Below, one piece after another: positions 31,398 to 41,710 of a stretch of DNA of 57,650 nucleotides. Under the pieces are notes generated by a model. The model ran no database searches, was not told the DNA's origin, and was given only the letters and a program-made list of their open reading frames with translations. Location of the stretch: NCBI GenBank assembly GCA_020628955.1, contig JAHDEH010000001.1, positions 14,267 through 71,916 on the forward strand. Reading direction: 5' to 3'. How positions within the stretch are numbered: the stretch's first letter is position 1; each line of letters begins with the position of its first letter. Source of the DNA: Alphaproteobacteria bacterium (GTDB taxonomy: Bacteria > Pseudomonadota > Alphaproteobacteria > Rickettsiales > Rickettsiaceae). Made by a program: the position numbers and the translations under genes.

Positions 31398-32444
31398 ATG
31401 GAAAATTTTAATACTATTTTTATAGAAAAATCTACAATGCTGGATTGTTCTAATAAAGGAAATATCTCGTTAAAAAAATTAATGAAAGATAGAGAAGTTG
31501 AAATTGATCAATTTTTACTTGAAAAACAAGACCGCAAGAAAATAGTAGCTTTAATTGGCGGGGGCATGGCAGCAGAGCGTGAAGTATCATTAATGTCATC
31601 TTGCGGTATTGCTGATTCATTGCTAGAGCTTGGCTATCAAATAATATTCATTAACATGGGTTCTGATATTGCAAATGTGCTTGCCGCATTAAAACCAGAT
31701 ATTGTATATAATGCGCTACATGGAACATATGGTGAGGATGGTTGCTTACAAGGCATGCTTAATATAATGAGGATTCCATACACTGGGCCAGGTGTTATGA
31801 GCAGCGCACTTGCGATGAACAAAAAAAAATCAGCCGAAATATTTCGTGCAAACAATATTAAGATTGCAAAATCAATACTAGTAAAAAAATCAGATAATAT
31901 TAAACAAGACCCTATTCCAAGACCTTATGTAATAAAGCCATTATCGCAAGGTTCTAGCGTTGGTATAGAGGTTATTTTTGAAGAAGATGATTTTAATTTT
32001 GCAAAATATGATTTTCCATATGGTGAAGAGATTCTTATAGAAGAATTCATCAAAGGCAAAGAAATTCAAGTTGCAATATTAGATGGCAAGGCGATTGGGG
32101 CTTTGGAAGTTAAAATTAATGCTGACAAAAGATTTTACGATTACGAAGTAAAATATACAGAAGGGTTTGCAGAGCATATTATGCCCGCCCCTATTGCTGA
32201 TGATATATATAAAAAAGCTCTATTAATTTCTGAAAAAGCATGTAATGTTTTTGAGATTAATCGTGGTATAATTAGAGCTGAATTTTTATATCAAGAGCAA
32301 CAAGGCGAATTATATATGCTTGAAATAAATACTCATCCAGGCATGACACCAATGTCTATCTGTCCTGAAATTTTGGAATATGAAGGATGTTCCTATACAC
32401 AATTAGTACAAAAAATAATCGAAGGTGCGAGCTTTGAAAAATGA
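31398..32444 (+). CDS. ddl: D-alanine--D-alanine ligase
   Basis: [28 protein letters not shown] and EINTHPGMT. Confidence 0.95.
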   Translation: MENFNTIFIEKSTMLDCSNKGNISLKKLMKDREVEIDQFLLEKQDRKKIVALIGGGMAAEREVSLMSSCGIADSLLELGYQIIFINMGSDIANVLAALKPDIVYNALHGTYGEDGCLQGMLNIMRIPYTGPGVMSSALAMNKKKSAEIFRANNIKIAKSILVKKSDNIKQDPIPRPYVIKPLSQGSSVGIEVIFEEDDFNFAKYDFPYGEEILIEEFIKGKEIQVAILDGKAIGALEVKINADKRFYDYEVKYTEGFAEHIMPAPIADDIYKKALLISEKACNVFEINRGIIRAEFLYQEQQGELYMLEINTHPGMTPMSICPEILEYEGCSYTQLVQKIIEGASFEK

Positions 32445-33244
32445 CTAAAAGCAAACTAGGCAGTAATAATAAAGTTAAAATATCACTACGTAGAAAACTC
32501 TATAACATCTACCAAAAAATTAGCATGCTATTTAAAATAATACTGCTAATATTATTAGTGCTTTTCTTTTTTACTAGCTCTTTTGGTGAATTTAAAATCT
32601 CAATGAAAAAAACCTTTTTCCGTATTAGTGCAAGTAATGGCTTTACTTTCAAGCATCTTTCAATACATGGGCAAAAAAATGTCACCACTGATTCAATTAT
32701 CAAATCATTAAATTACAAAAAAGGTGAATCTATTTTTGCTATAAATTTGCAATTAGCTAAAAAAAATCTAGAGTCAAACTCATGGATAAGCCAGGCATAT
32801 GTGGAGCGCAAATGGCCAAATACCATATCTATTGCATTGAAAGAAAAAATACCAACAGCTATATGGCAAAACAAAAAAGAGTTGTATTTAATAGATAATA
32901 ATGGCGATAAAATTGCAAAATATGATAAAAAATACAAATTAAAAAAAATGCTGCAAGTAGTAGGAACAGATGCCAATATTCATGTTCAAGAATTAATTAC
33001 GGGCCTTGATAAATGCCCTAAAATCAAGGAGCATGTTAAGTCGGCGACTCGCTACGGCGCCAGAAGATGGAATTTAAATTTTAAAAATGGGGCAACTGTA
33101 AAAATGCCAGAAAAAAACTTCACACAGGCCTATACTTACCTAAAACAAGCCGAAGATGCAAAAGGATTTTTATCAGAAAAAAGTAAAAATGGCTATGTAA
33201 TAGATTTGCGTGATCCTGAAAAATATTACTTCAAAATTCCATAA
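32441..33244 (+). CDS. ftsQ: cell division protein FtsQ
   Basis: Single TM, POTRA ([12 protein letters not shown]), C-terminal IDLRDP; follows ddl. Confidence 0.88.
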   Translation: MTKSKLGSNNKVKISLRRKLYNIYQKISMLFKIILLILLVLFFFTSSFGEFKISMKKTFFRISASNGFTFKHLSIHGQKNVTTDSIIKSLNYKKGESIFAINLQLAKKNLESNSWISQAYVERKWPNTISIALKEKIPTAIWQNKKELYLIDNNGDKIAKYDKKYKLKKMLQVVGTDANIHVQELITGLDKCPKIKEHVKSATRYGARRWNLNFKNGATVKMPEKNFTQAYTYLKQAEDAKGFLSEKSKNGYVIDLRDPEKYYFKIP

Positions 33245-33315
33245 CTTTTTTATACTTGAAGATTGTGCTATTTTATATATAATAGCGCTTTAATAATTAA
33301 TTTATAATAAAACTA

Positions 33316-33840
33316 ATGTTTGTAGATAAAATAAAAGCAAAAAATAAAGATGACTCATTCAATGTTATAATAGAAATACCAATGAATGATGCACCGGTAA
33401 AATATGAATTTGACAAAGAGGCTGGGGCAATTATGGTTGATCGCTTCATGCAAGCTTCAATGTCCTACCCTTGCAATTATGGCTTTGTACCACATACTCT
33501 TTCAGACGATGGTGACCCCGCAGATGTACTGGTTATGGCGCAGCATCCAATAATGCCATCTGCTATTATTAAAGTAAGACCAGTTGCGGTTTTGCTTATG
33601 GAAGATGAGTCAGGAATTGATGAAAAAATACTAGCAGTACCAGTATCAAAACTAGATATCACTTATGACAATGTAAATGACATACAAGATGTTCCAGAAA
33701 TGCTACAGCAAAGAATAAGCCACTTTTTCGAGCATTATAAGAAGCTAGAAAAAAATAAATGGGTTAAAATAGTAGGGTGGAAGGGCAGAGAAGAAGCTCT
33801 GAAAATACTGGGCGAAGCAATAGATAGGCACTCTGCATAA
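33316..33840 (+). CDS. ppa: inorganic pyrophosphatase
   Basis: KYEFDK, YPCNYGF, DGDPAD and HFFEHYK. Confidence 0.96.
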   Translation: MFVDKIKAKNKDDSFNVIIEIPMNDAPVKYEFDKEAGAIMVDRFMQASMSYPCNYGFVPHTLSDDGDPADVLVMAQHPIMPSAIIKVRPVAVLLMEDESGIDEKILAVPVSKLDITYDNVNDIQDVPEMLQQRISHFFEHYKKLEKNKWVKIVGWKGREEALKILGEAIDRHSA

Positions 33841-33900
33841 ATTTCTTTATACCAAAAGTGCAGCAGATACCTTAAAAAATTGACATTTTCTTTAAGAAAA

Positions 33901-34878
33901 CTATTTGCTGCGCATGATCCTTCTATAAATAGCAACATTTCTATTATGCTCTTTTAGCGTATTAGCAAAGCTGTGACCACCTGTGCCGTTTGCTACAAAA
34001 TATAGATTTTTTGTCTGTGCAGGTTTTACAACAGACATTATAGATATCAAGCCAGGGCAACAAATCGGCCCTGGTGGCAGACCTGTATTTTCGTATGTAT
34101 TATAAGGCGAATCTATATTTAAATCTTGCTTACTCAGTTTTCGGCCAAGACTTTCTTTGCCTTTAGTTATTGCATAGATTACCGTTGGATCAGCTTGTAG
34201 CTTCATCCCTAAATTCAGCCTATTGATAAAAACTGCCGCTATTTTATCTTTTTCTACATCATTGCCCGCTTCTTTTTCAACGATAGAAGCAAGTATCAAA
34301 ATATCTTCTTTGCTTTTCAGCGGCGAGTCTGATTGCAGGTTATTTATCGCGCTCACTATTGCCCTATCCATTTCTTGCTGCATTTTTTTCAATATTATCT
34401 TGCGGCTGCTAGCATAATCATACATATATGTAGATGGCATCAAGCTCCCTTCCGTTGCATATTGCTCTATATATTCGCCACCCAATGTGTCCTCTGCATT
34501 TAATATTTCAACAATTTTATGCGCAGAAAAACCCTCTGGTATGGTTAGTTTATACGTTGTAGATTCTCCCTTGCTAAGTATTTGTAACACTTGATATGGG
34601 CTTGCATTGCTTGGAAAATTATACTCGCCGCTTTTTAAGGGATGATACCTTGAATATATTAGACTAGAGACTTTAAATAAATATTTATATTTAACCACCC
34701 CCTCTTGCTCTAAAATTTTAGATATTTCAATAATTGACGTTCCAGGTTTGATAACTACAATTTTACTCTCATTTAACCCGCTTGGTATAAATATATAGCT
34801 AATAATGATACTAGCCATTATTATTAACATTAGTAATAATGATATAAAAGCACTAAAAATAAATCTAAAAAATTTCAT
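33901..34878 (-). CDS. mltG: endolytic transglycosylase MltG
   Basis: TIPEG, LASIVEKE, LQADPTV, SPYNTY and GLPPGPI. Confidence 0.95.
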   Translation of the reverse strand: MKFFRFIFSAFISLLLMLIIMASIIISYIFIPSGLNESKIVVIKPGTSIIEISKILEQEGVVKYKYLFKVSSLIYSRYHPLKSGEYNFPSNASPYQVLQILSKGESTTYKLTIPEGFSAHKIVEILNAEDTLGGEYIEQYATEGSLMPSTYMYDYASSRKIILKKMQQEMDRAIVSAINNLQSDSPLKSKEDILILASIVEKEAGNDVEKDKIAAVFINRLNLGMKLQADPTVIYAITKGKESLGRKLSKQDLNIDSPYNTYENTGLPPGPICCPGLISIMSVVKPAQTKNLYFVANGTGGHSFANTLKEHNRNVAIYRRIMRSK

Positions 34879-34887
34879 TTTAAATAT

Positions 34888-35127
34888 CTAAATTTCAGCT
34901 TCTTTAGTTGAAATTTGACCCGAATCATCTGAAACAATTTTTTCTATTTTCATTTTTGCATTTTTTAGCAGAGACTCACAATGCTTTTTTAGCAAAACAC
35001 CACGCTCAAAATCATCTATAGATTTTTGCAAGCCTTCGCTTCCTTGGTCTATCTTCTGAACTATAGATTCAAGCTCAGCAAGAGCTTCTTCGAAATTCAT
35101 GTCTTTTATAGTTTTCTTCTTATCCAT
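34888..35127 (-). CDS. xseB: exodeoxyribonuclease VII small subunit
   Basis: FEEALAELESIV..ERG..L.KHC. Confidence 0.92.
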   Translation of the reverse strand: MDKKKTIKDMNFEEALAELESIVQKIDQGSEGLQKSIDDFERGVLLKKHCESLLKNAKMKIEKIVSDDSGQISTKEAEI

Positions 35128-35201
35128 TACAAATTGTCATTATAAATTATTTGATTAGTTTGCAAGTATAGCAAAACATTACTTGTTTTTGCAAGAGAAT
35201 T

Positions 35202-36740
35202 TTATCTAAATTTTAAATTAGGTACTTTGTAGTAAAATACAATCAATCTAGTGACAAATGCTCCAAGCGCTGTAACTATCACTGCATTCTTTATGCCGTC
35301 TGGATCTGGGCTGTGAGAAGTTATGTCTAGATAAATACCAAAAACAGCTCCCCATAATATAGAAATTTCAGCATTAATGGATCCAGCCAGACAAGTTATC
35401 TTATGTTTTTTGCGCAATAAATCTCTCATTATCCCACCACCATTTGCAGTGATAAAGGCAAAAAACGGCCCCCAAAGACCTATTGGCTCTATCCTTGCCA
35501 TAATGGTAATAGAGACACCTGTTACAATAAAAGCAGCTTGCCCAAGAGCATCGCCTAGTATTAAAGTATGATCCCAAAATTTTATTAGCATACTATCTTT
35601 TTTTGCATCCTTATTATAATAATCCAAAAAACGTACCAGGAAAAAACCTATCAATACTGTTACTATTATATAATACATATAAGAAGGGGTTAAAAACAAA
35701 CCAACAGATTCACGATTGATCAAAACATCACGCATAATTCCGCCGCCAACCGAAGGCAACATAGCAAATAAAAATGTAGCGAATAAAGTTGCATTATCTT
35801 TTGCAGCAATCGCAATACCAGAAATGGCAAAAGCTATTGTACCAATTATTCCTATGAAATAAAACCAATTAGAGTCTATTGTTTGTAATAAAATGACAGG
35901 ATAAACATGCTTCTTCACAATAGTTTTATACTTACTCGAATCTTTAAAATCTTTTATTGCTACATTAAAACGCTCCACAACTTCTAGAGGCACTGTTTTT
36001 TTACTAAACATTAAGTGAATCGGAGTTTTTGCTTCCAGCTTAACTTCTGTAACTATATTATTTACGCTATTATTCAAGATTGCTGCAGCCCCCACTACCC
36101 TATCTGCTACAAAACCATCAATTTCTCCGCTAATAAGAGCTTGCAGGGCTTCAATATTATTTTGATACGTTCTGATGATATCTGCATTCATGCTATCAGA
36201 TATAAATATATTAATTTGCGGGTCAGCATAAATGAATCCATCTGTTACGCCTACTCTGAAATTTTGCAAGCGTACTTGCGCTAAAAACTCAGAAACATTA
36301 TCAAAATCTAGATCTATATTACTATCTGAAAGCATAAACAAAGAATTTTCTTCGTATCTATAGGCATCAGAAAAATGCATATGCTTCGATCTGTCATCTG
36401 TATATGTAGCGCCAGCTGCGATATCGCGCACACCAGTCTTCAGATCTTTTTGATGTTTTTTCCAAGATACTTGCTCGTAGCGCACATCTATACCAACTTT
36501 TTTAGCGATATTTTGCACAAGTTCAACATCCATACCTGCTAGTTTATAACCACCTACATTCATTTTATTATACTGATATGGCTCCCATAAATACCATCCA
36601 TTTTGCAAGAAATTTTTATTAAACTCTTGTACGCACTCTTCTACCACCGCTTTTTCTGGAAGAGTGTTTGGCTTCATGCTGTTTGCATTTGCACAGCATG
36701 AATATAGTATAATTAATAATAATATGTTTATATGGCGCAT
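35202..36740 (-). CDS. fusion of periplasmic amino-acid-binding domain (SBP family 3) and TRIC/UPF0126 membrane domain
   Basis: Signal peptide; GMDVEL..IAK, TYTDDR..FSDAY and G.IDGFVAD; then GTIAFAISG and two GGGIMRD motifs. Confidence 0.85.
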   Translation of the reverse strand: MRHINILLLIILYSCCANANSMKPNTLPEKAVVEECVQEFNKNFLQNGWYLWEPYQYNKMNVGGYKLAGMDVELVQNIAKKVGIDVRYEQVSWKKHQKDLKTGVRDIAAGATYTDDRSKHMHFSDAYRYEENSLFMLSDSNIDLDFDNVSEFLAQVRLQNFRVGVTDGFIYADPQINIFISDSMNADIIRTYQNNIEALQALISGEIDGFVADRVVGAAAILNNSVNNIVTEVKLEAKTPIHLMFSKKTVPLEVVERFNVAIKDFKDSSKYKTIVKKHVYPVILLQTIDSNWFYFIGIIGTIAFAISGIAIAAKDNATLFATFLFAMLPSVGGGIMRDVLINRESVGLFLTPSYMYYIIVTVLIGFFLVRFLDYYNKDAKKDSMLIKFWDHTLILGDALGQAAFIVTGVSITIMARIEPIGLWGPFFAFITANGGGIMRDLLRKKHKITCLAGSINAEISILWGAVFGIYLDITSHSPDPDGIKNAVIVTALGAFVTRLIVFYYKVPNLKFR

Positions 36741-36863
36741 TATATATATTTAATTTATTGCTTAGATGTTATTATAGTCTATTTTTTTTATAACAAATAA
36801 CAAAAACTGTTTTTATTATAGAATTTATTAATTATTAGTGTGATTTTGGTTGAAGGAATTGGT

Positions 36864-36960
36864 TGTCACCTGCGAATGATCCTGCAGGAGAAATGTGGCA
36901 ATCTTTTTCATTGAACACTCATACTCATGAGATCACCACGTCGCTAGCGCTTCTCGCCAT
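36864..36960. repeat. outer-type RPE/CGTC-like palindromic repeat without inner insert
   Basis: TGTCACCTGCGA...GTGGCAATCT and ACTCATGAGATCACCAC shared with 1264-1458. Confidence 0.7.
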
Positions 36961-36992
36961 TCTCATTCAGTACTTTAATTAAATATACAATA
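36956..36992 (-). mobile_element. truncated MITE copy E (one terminus only)
   Basis: ACTTTAATTAAATATACAATA is the reverse complement of the copy A/C left end. Confidence 0.65.
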
Positions 36993-37092
36993 AATGAGCA
37001 AGATCTATGTATTTAAGGTTGTTAATATATATCTAATACCCAACTACAGAATAAAAACACGTAAAAAAATTAATCAGTTTGCAAAAAAAATG

Positions 37093-37121
37093 TAGACACA
37101 GACAGTTCATTCAATTATCCT
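37093..37121 (+). promoter_or_regulatory. putative sigma70 promoter of the kinase-receiver genes
   Basis: TAGACA-N17-TATCCT. Confidence 0.4.
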
Positions 37122-37187
37122 CTATGTATTATTAAAACTTAATAAATATTTTTAAACCTCAATTATTTAGGGTAATTATAAAAAATT

Positions 37188-37883
37188 ATGACAACAGAAA
37201 TAGACAAAATACCATTTCTTGCAAAGTTTACTCATGAGTTCAGGTCTCACCTTCACGGGATTTGTGGCATCTCAGATTATCTAAAATCTAATTGGGAAAA
37301 TATAGCAGATGCAGATAAAAAAAACGCAATAGAGTCTGTGGCAAGCATTTCTGATGATTTATCAAGTTTAATATCGCTGGTTAGTCAATATCATGAAGGT
37401 GCTACAAAGCTTAACTTTAACATTGAAAAAAAAGATGTAATAAGCTACACAAGAAAAATAATCGACAATCTTATACATTTATACTCATATAAAAATAAGA
37501 TAGAAATTATCGTTGAGTCTAATGTGGAATCGCTTGAATTAAATATAGACACTGTTTGGTTTAAGCAATTAGTGACAAACATTGTTACTAATGCTATAAA
37601 ATATTCAACAGAAGGCGTTGTTAATATAAAAATAGATGCAGATATAAAAGGTGAAAAATGTATTTTTACGGTGTCAGATGATGGCATGGGGATTAAAGAT
37701 GAAGAGATAAAGTCTATTTTTGTGCCATTTAAAAGAGGCACTAATGAAGCGAAAAAAGTGGCAGGAACTGGTCTTGGACTTTCAATCTGCAAAGAAGTTG
37801 TAGATGCTCATCAAGGGACGATACGAGCTTATAATAATGAAGATAAGGGTTGTAGTTTTGAATTTATACTACCAATAAAATAA
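37188..37883 (+). CDS. soluble histidine kinase lacking a sensor domain
   Basis: H-box THEFRS at residue 16; NAIKYS, DDGMGI, IFVPF and GTGLGL boxes; no TM. Confidence 0.9.
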   Translation: MTTEIDKIPFLAKFTHEFRSHLHGICGISDYLKSNWENIADADKKNAIESVASISDDLSSLISLVSQYHEGATKLNFNIEKKDVISYTRKIIDNLIHLYSYKNKIEIIVESNVESLELNIDTVWFKQLVTNIVTNAIKYSTEGVVNIKIDADIKGEKCIFTVSDDGMGIKDEEIKSIFVPFKRGTNEAKKVAGTGLGLSICKEVVDAHQGTIRAYNNEDKGCSFEFILPIK

Positions 37884-37906
37884 ATATTATTAATCGGGGA
37901 AGGGTT

Positions 37907-38272
37907 ATGATAATTTTTGTCGATGATGACAATACATGTCACACATTGTTTAGTATGTTTGTTTTATCTTCGGACATAGATATGAAAATTCTCGGAGCAT
38001 ATAGCGCAGAAGAAGCGCTGTCTTTAGCAAAAGATAATCTAAAAGATCTTAAGCTTATAGTATCAGACATCTTGCTTCCTGATATGAGCGGTATAGAACT
38101 ATTCGAAGCAATTAAGTTAGATAGTAAATTAAATGAAATTCCTTTCATTTTTCAAAGTGGGCTCTCATCAAGCGAGCAAGTTGTGCAAAAGATTATTGAA
38201 GAAGGAACAAAAATAGTATATAAACCTTATAAGCAGCAAGACTTAATTCAATCAATAGCAGAAGCTATTTAA
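37907..38272 (+). CDS. single-domain response regulator (receiver only)
   Basis: VDDD, SDILLPDMSG, FQSG and KP motifs; 121 aa. Confidence 0.9.
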   Translation: MIIFVDDDNTCHTLFSMFVLSSDIDMKILGAYSAEEALSLAKDNLKDLKLIVSDILLPDMSGIELFEAIKLDSKLNEIPFIFQSGLSSSEQVVQKIIEEGTKIVYKPYKQQDLIQSIAEAI

Positions 38273-38293
38273 AATTTTTATAAGGAAATTATC

Positions 38294-39826
38294 ATGCCCG
38301 AAGAAAATTACTACATAACCACTCCAATATTTTATGTAAATGATGTGCCGCATATAGGCCATGCCTATACTAGCATTGCTTGCGATGTAGCCGCTAGATA
38401 TATGAATCTTGCTGGGAAAAATGTAAAATTTTTAACAGGGACCGATGAGCATGGCCAAAAAGTTGAAAAATCTGCCTTAAAGGCTGGAGTTGATCCTTTA
38501 TCATTCACCGACAAAACTTCTGAAGCATTCAGGCAAATGACTAAGGATTTAAAATTATCGAATAATGATTTTATCAGGACCACCGAGGAAAGACACAAAA
38601 AAGCAGCTAGTCATTTTTGGCAGGAACTTGAAAAAAGTGGTAATATATATCAGGATAAATATTCTGGTTGGTACTGCGTGCGTGACGAGGCTTTTTACAG
38701 CGAAAAAGAACTAACGGAAGATGGTAAAGCGCCAACAGGAGCGCCTGTTGAGTGGGTTGAAGAAGAAAGTTATTTTTTTGCTCTGTCAAAGTGGCAAGAT
38801 AAGCTGCTTGAATTTTATGAAAACAATCCAGATTTTATTCTGCCAAAAACACGCTACAACGAAGTTATAAGCTTTGTAAAAAGCGGTTTGAATGATTTAT
38901 CTATTTCAAGAAACAGTTTCAAGTGGGGTATAAAAGTTCCAGGCAATGAAGAGCATGTTATATATGTTTGGCTTGATGCGCTTACTAACTATATTTCAGC
39001 CTTGGGATATCCGGACAAAAGCGGAGAGTATAAAGAATTTTGGCCAGCAAATGCGCATGTGGTTGGCAAAGATATTTTAAGATTTCATGCAGTATTTTGG
39101 CCAGCTTTTTTGATGGCAGCTGGCATTGATTTACCTAAATCCATTATAGCGCATGGTTGGTGGACTAATGAAGGTGAAAAAATATCTAAATCTTTAGGCA
39201 ATGTAATTAATCCGAATGATTTAATAGAAGAGTTTGGGCTTGATAGGGTTCGTTATTTCCTAATGCGGGAAATTACTTTTGGCAATGACGGAAATTTTTC
39301 TAGAGAAAATTTGGTAACCAGATGTAATACTGAGCTTTCGAATAAAATTGGTAATTTATTACAAAGAACCGCATCTTTTATATATAAAAATTGTGATCAA
39401 AAAATACCAGAAGTATCAAAAATCTATATTAATGATTTATACGAAACAGAAATCTTTCAAAGATTAAGAGATATAACCGAAGATAATATGCAATCTATAG
39501 AGAAGTTTGAAATTAACAAAATTCTAGATAATATTATGGAGATTGCAGAATATGCTAATAGCTACATTGATAAAGAAGCTCCTTGGGCCCTTAAGAAAAC
39601 AGATCCAGAGAAAATGAATCAGGTGCTATATGCGCTTCTAGAACAAATTAGATACATTGCAATTATGCTGCAACCATTTATTCCAGATTCAGCAGGATTG
39701 ATGCTAGATCAATTGGGTGTGAATAAAGAAGAGCGTAATTTTAAGCATATGAACATAGAGTTCGTGCTAAAGCCAGGTTCCTCAATAGAGCAACCAAATC
39801 CAATTTTTCCAAGGTTTGAAGGATGA
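38294..39826 (+). CDS. metG: methionine--tRNA ligase
   Basis: PHIGH, GTDEHG, YVWLDAL and KISKS. Confidence 0.97.
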   Translation: MPEENYYITTPIFYVNDVPHIGHAYTSIACDVAARYMNLAGKNVKFLTGTDEHGQKVEKSALKAGVDPLSFTDKTSEAFRQMTKDLKLSNNDFIRTTEERHKKAASHFWQELEKSGNIYQDKYSGWYCVRDEAFYSEKELTEDGKAPTGAPVEWVEEESYFFALSKWQDKLLEFYENNPDFILPKTRYNEVISFVKSGLNDLSISRNSFKWGIKVPGNEEHVIYVWLDALTNYISALGYPDKSGEYKEFWPANAHVVGKDILRFHAVFWPAFLMAAGIDLPKSIIAHGWWTNEGEKISKSLGNVINPNDLIEEFGLDRVRYFLMREITFGNDGNFSRENLVTRCNTELSNKIGNLLQRTASFIYKNCDQKIPEVSKIYINDLYETEIFQRLRDITEDNMQSIEKFEINKILDNIMEIAEYANSYIDKEAPWALKKTDPEKMNQVLYALLEQIRYIAIMLQPFIPDSAGLMLDQLGVNKEERNFKHMNIEFVLKPGSSIEQPNPIFPRFEG

Positions 39827-40620
39827 TTATAGTAGACTCTCACTGCCATTTAGATATGCTTGAAGAACATGATTCTATAGATAATATAATAAATAGAGCG
39901 CAAGAAAGTGGCGTTAAATATCTGCAAACAATTTGCACTAGACTAGACCAGCTTGATAAAGTAATTGCTATAACGGCAAAACATAAAAATGTTTTTGCCT
40001 CTGCTGGTGTGCATCCAAGCGAAGTAAGCAGCAGTAAGAGTGAAGTTGTTACAGATCAGCAACTTCTTGATTTATGCAATAAGCATAAAAAAATTATAGG
40101 TATCGGTGAAACCGGTCTTGATTATTATTATAATAAAGACAAACAGCAATTAGAGAATCAGCGCCAGTCATTTGCGCAGCACATTATAGCTTCTCAGCAA
40201 AACCAGCTTCCAGTAATAGTGCATACTAGGGACGCAGAAGAAGATAGCGCTACAATAATCAAAGAACATATGAAACAAAAGCAATTCCCGGCATTAATCC
40301 ACTGCTTTACAGCATCTGCTGACTTTGCAAGGCAAATGCTAGATCTTGGTTTGTATATTTCTATATCTGGAATAGTGACTTTTAAAAACGCAAAAGATCT
40401 CCAAGAAATTGTAAAATTTATTCCGCTTGAGAGGATATTGGTTGAAACAGACTCGCCGTACTTAGCACCTGTGCCAATGCGCGGCAAAACAAATGAACCA
40501 TCCTACACAAAATATGTGGTAGAATATATAGCTGAGCTGAAAGGCTTATCTGCTGAAAAAGTTGCACAAACAACAACCGATAATTTTTTCAAACTATTTA
40601 CAAATAGTAGAGATCAATAA
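39823..40620 (+). CDS. tatD: TatD family nuclease
   Basis: DSHCH, GVHP, GETGLD, HCF and ETDSPYL. Confidence 0.93.
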   Translation: MIIVDSHCHLDMLEEHDSIDNIINRAQESGVKYLQTICTRLDQLDKVIAITAKHKNVFASAGVHPSEVSSSKSEVVTDQQLLDLCNKHKKIIGIGETGLDYYYNKDKQQLENQRQSFAQHIIASQQNQLPVIVHTRDAEEDSATIIKEHMKQKQFPALIHCFTASADFARQMLDLGLYISISGIVTFKNAKDLQEIVKFIPLERILVETDSPYLAPVPMRGKTNEPSYTKYVVEYIAELKGLSAEKVAQTTTDNFFKLFTNSRDQ

Positions 40621-41637
40621 TTCTGCAACAACATATGGGTCAGCATTTGCCCCAGGTCTTCTGTCTTCTATATATCCACAGCCATTTAATGAAACCAATT
40701 TTGGTATTCTAACTGAACAGCTGCGGTCAGCATTACCTGCAGAGAATTTTTCTATAGATGAAGTTTCATGCAAACCAGTTAATCTATCTGCCAAACCATC
40801 GCCATAATTTTTTATGTGAAGCATATGATTTTTTTCTAGATCTTGAACTGCTTTATTGATTGCTTCCAAACCAGTACTAGCATCACGCATTTTTTTAGTA
40901 GAAAAATTTGTGTGCATTCCGGCTCCATTCCAGTCACCTTTGATCGGTTTATTCTCCAGGGATATGTGAATATTATATTCTTCACTTATTCTATGCATAA
41001 GCCACCTAGCTATCCAAGTATGATCACAAATGTTAAGAGCACTTGAATTTTCTGAATCTTCGCCTCTATAGCCTATTTGATATTCCCATTGCCCAGGCAT
41101 AACTTCTGCATTCAAGCCGTAGTAAATTAAACCTGCTGCAATACAAAAATCCCTATGTTTATTTGCAAGCTCTCTGCCAAATATTTGTCTGCTTCCCACA
41201 CCGCAATAATAAGGGCCTTGCTTTCCTGGGAAGCCATGCTCTGGCCAGCCAAGAGGTATATTATTTTTGAACATAGTATATTCTTGCTCAAAACCAAGCC
41301 AAGGATCATGTTCAGTGCCACCATTTGCAAGAGTGGTTCTTAATTTTGCTCTTGTATTTGACTCGTGATTAGTTCCATTGGGGTTTAGCACCTCACATAA
41401 AACCAAATAATCACCACCATCATCCAAGGGGTCAAAAACATAGTTTACTGGTTTTAATATACAGTCAGAATCCTCACCATCTGCTTGATTTGTTGAAGAA
41501 CCATCAAAACTCCAATTTGGAAAATCATCTATTCCAGGTTCTTCATCTAGATACATTACTCTAGATTTAGACCTAATTTTATTTGTAGGCTTCGTTCCAT
41601 CTAGCCATATATATTCAACCACACATAACTCTTTCAT
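40594..41637 (-). CDS. glnII: glutamine synthetase type II
   Basis: EYIWLDG, WSFDGSST, GFEQEY, QGPYYCGVG, NAEVMPGQWE, GDWNGAG, RLTGLHET and EDRRP; 347 aa from ATG with RBS GAGGAG. Confidence 0.9.
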   Translation of the reverse strand: MKELCVVEYIWLDGTKPTNKIRSKSRVMYLDEEPGIDDFPNWSFDGSSTNQADGEDSDCILKPVNYVFDPLDDGGDYLVLCEVLNPNGTNHESNTRAKLRTTLANGGTEHDPWLGFEQEYTMFKNNIPLGWPEHGFPGKQGPYYCGVGSRQIFGRELANKHRDFCIAAGLIYYGLNAEVMPGQWEYQIGYRGEDSENSSALNICDHTWIARWLMHRISEEYNIHISLENKPIKGDWNGAGMHTNFSTKKMRDASTGLEAINKAVQDLEKNHMLHIKNYGDGLADRLTGLHETSSIEKFSAGNADRSCSVRIPKLVSLNGCGYIEDRRPGANADPYVVAELLISTICK

Positions 41638-41710
41638 GACTCCTCTTTTGCTCAATGTTACGTTATCATCAAGCTCAAGTAATAGCAAATTTTGAAAGCA
41701 ATTTCAATAC

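Noticed and set aside
36864-36900. GCAGGAGA segment near the SBP-TRIC gene suggesting a glycine riboswitch
   Set aside because: Wrong strand for that gene and explained by the palindromic repeat family
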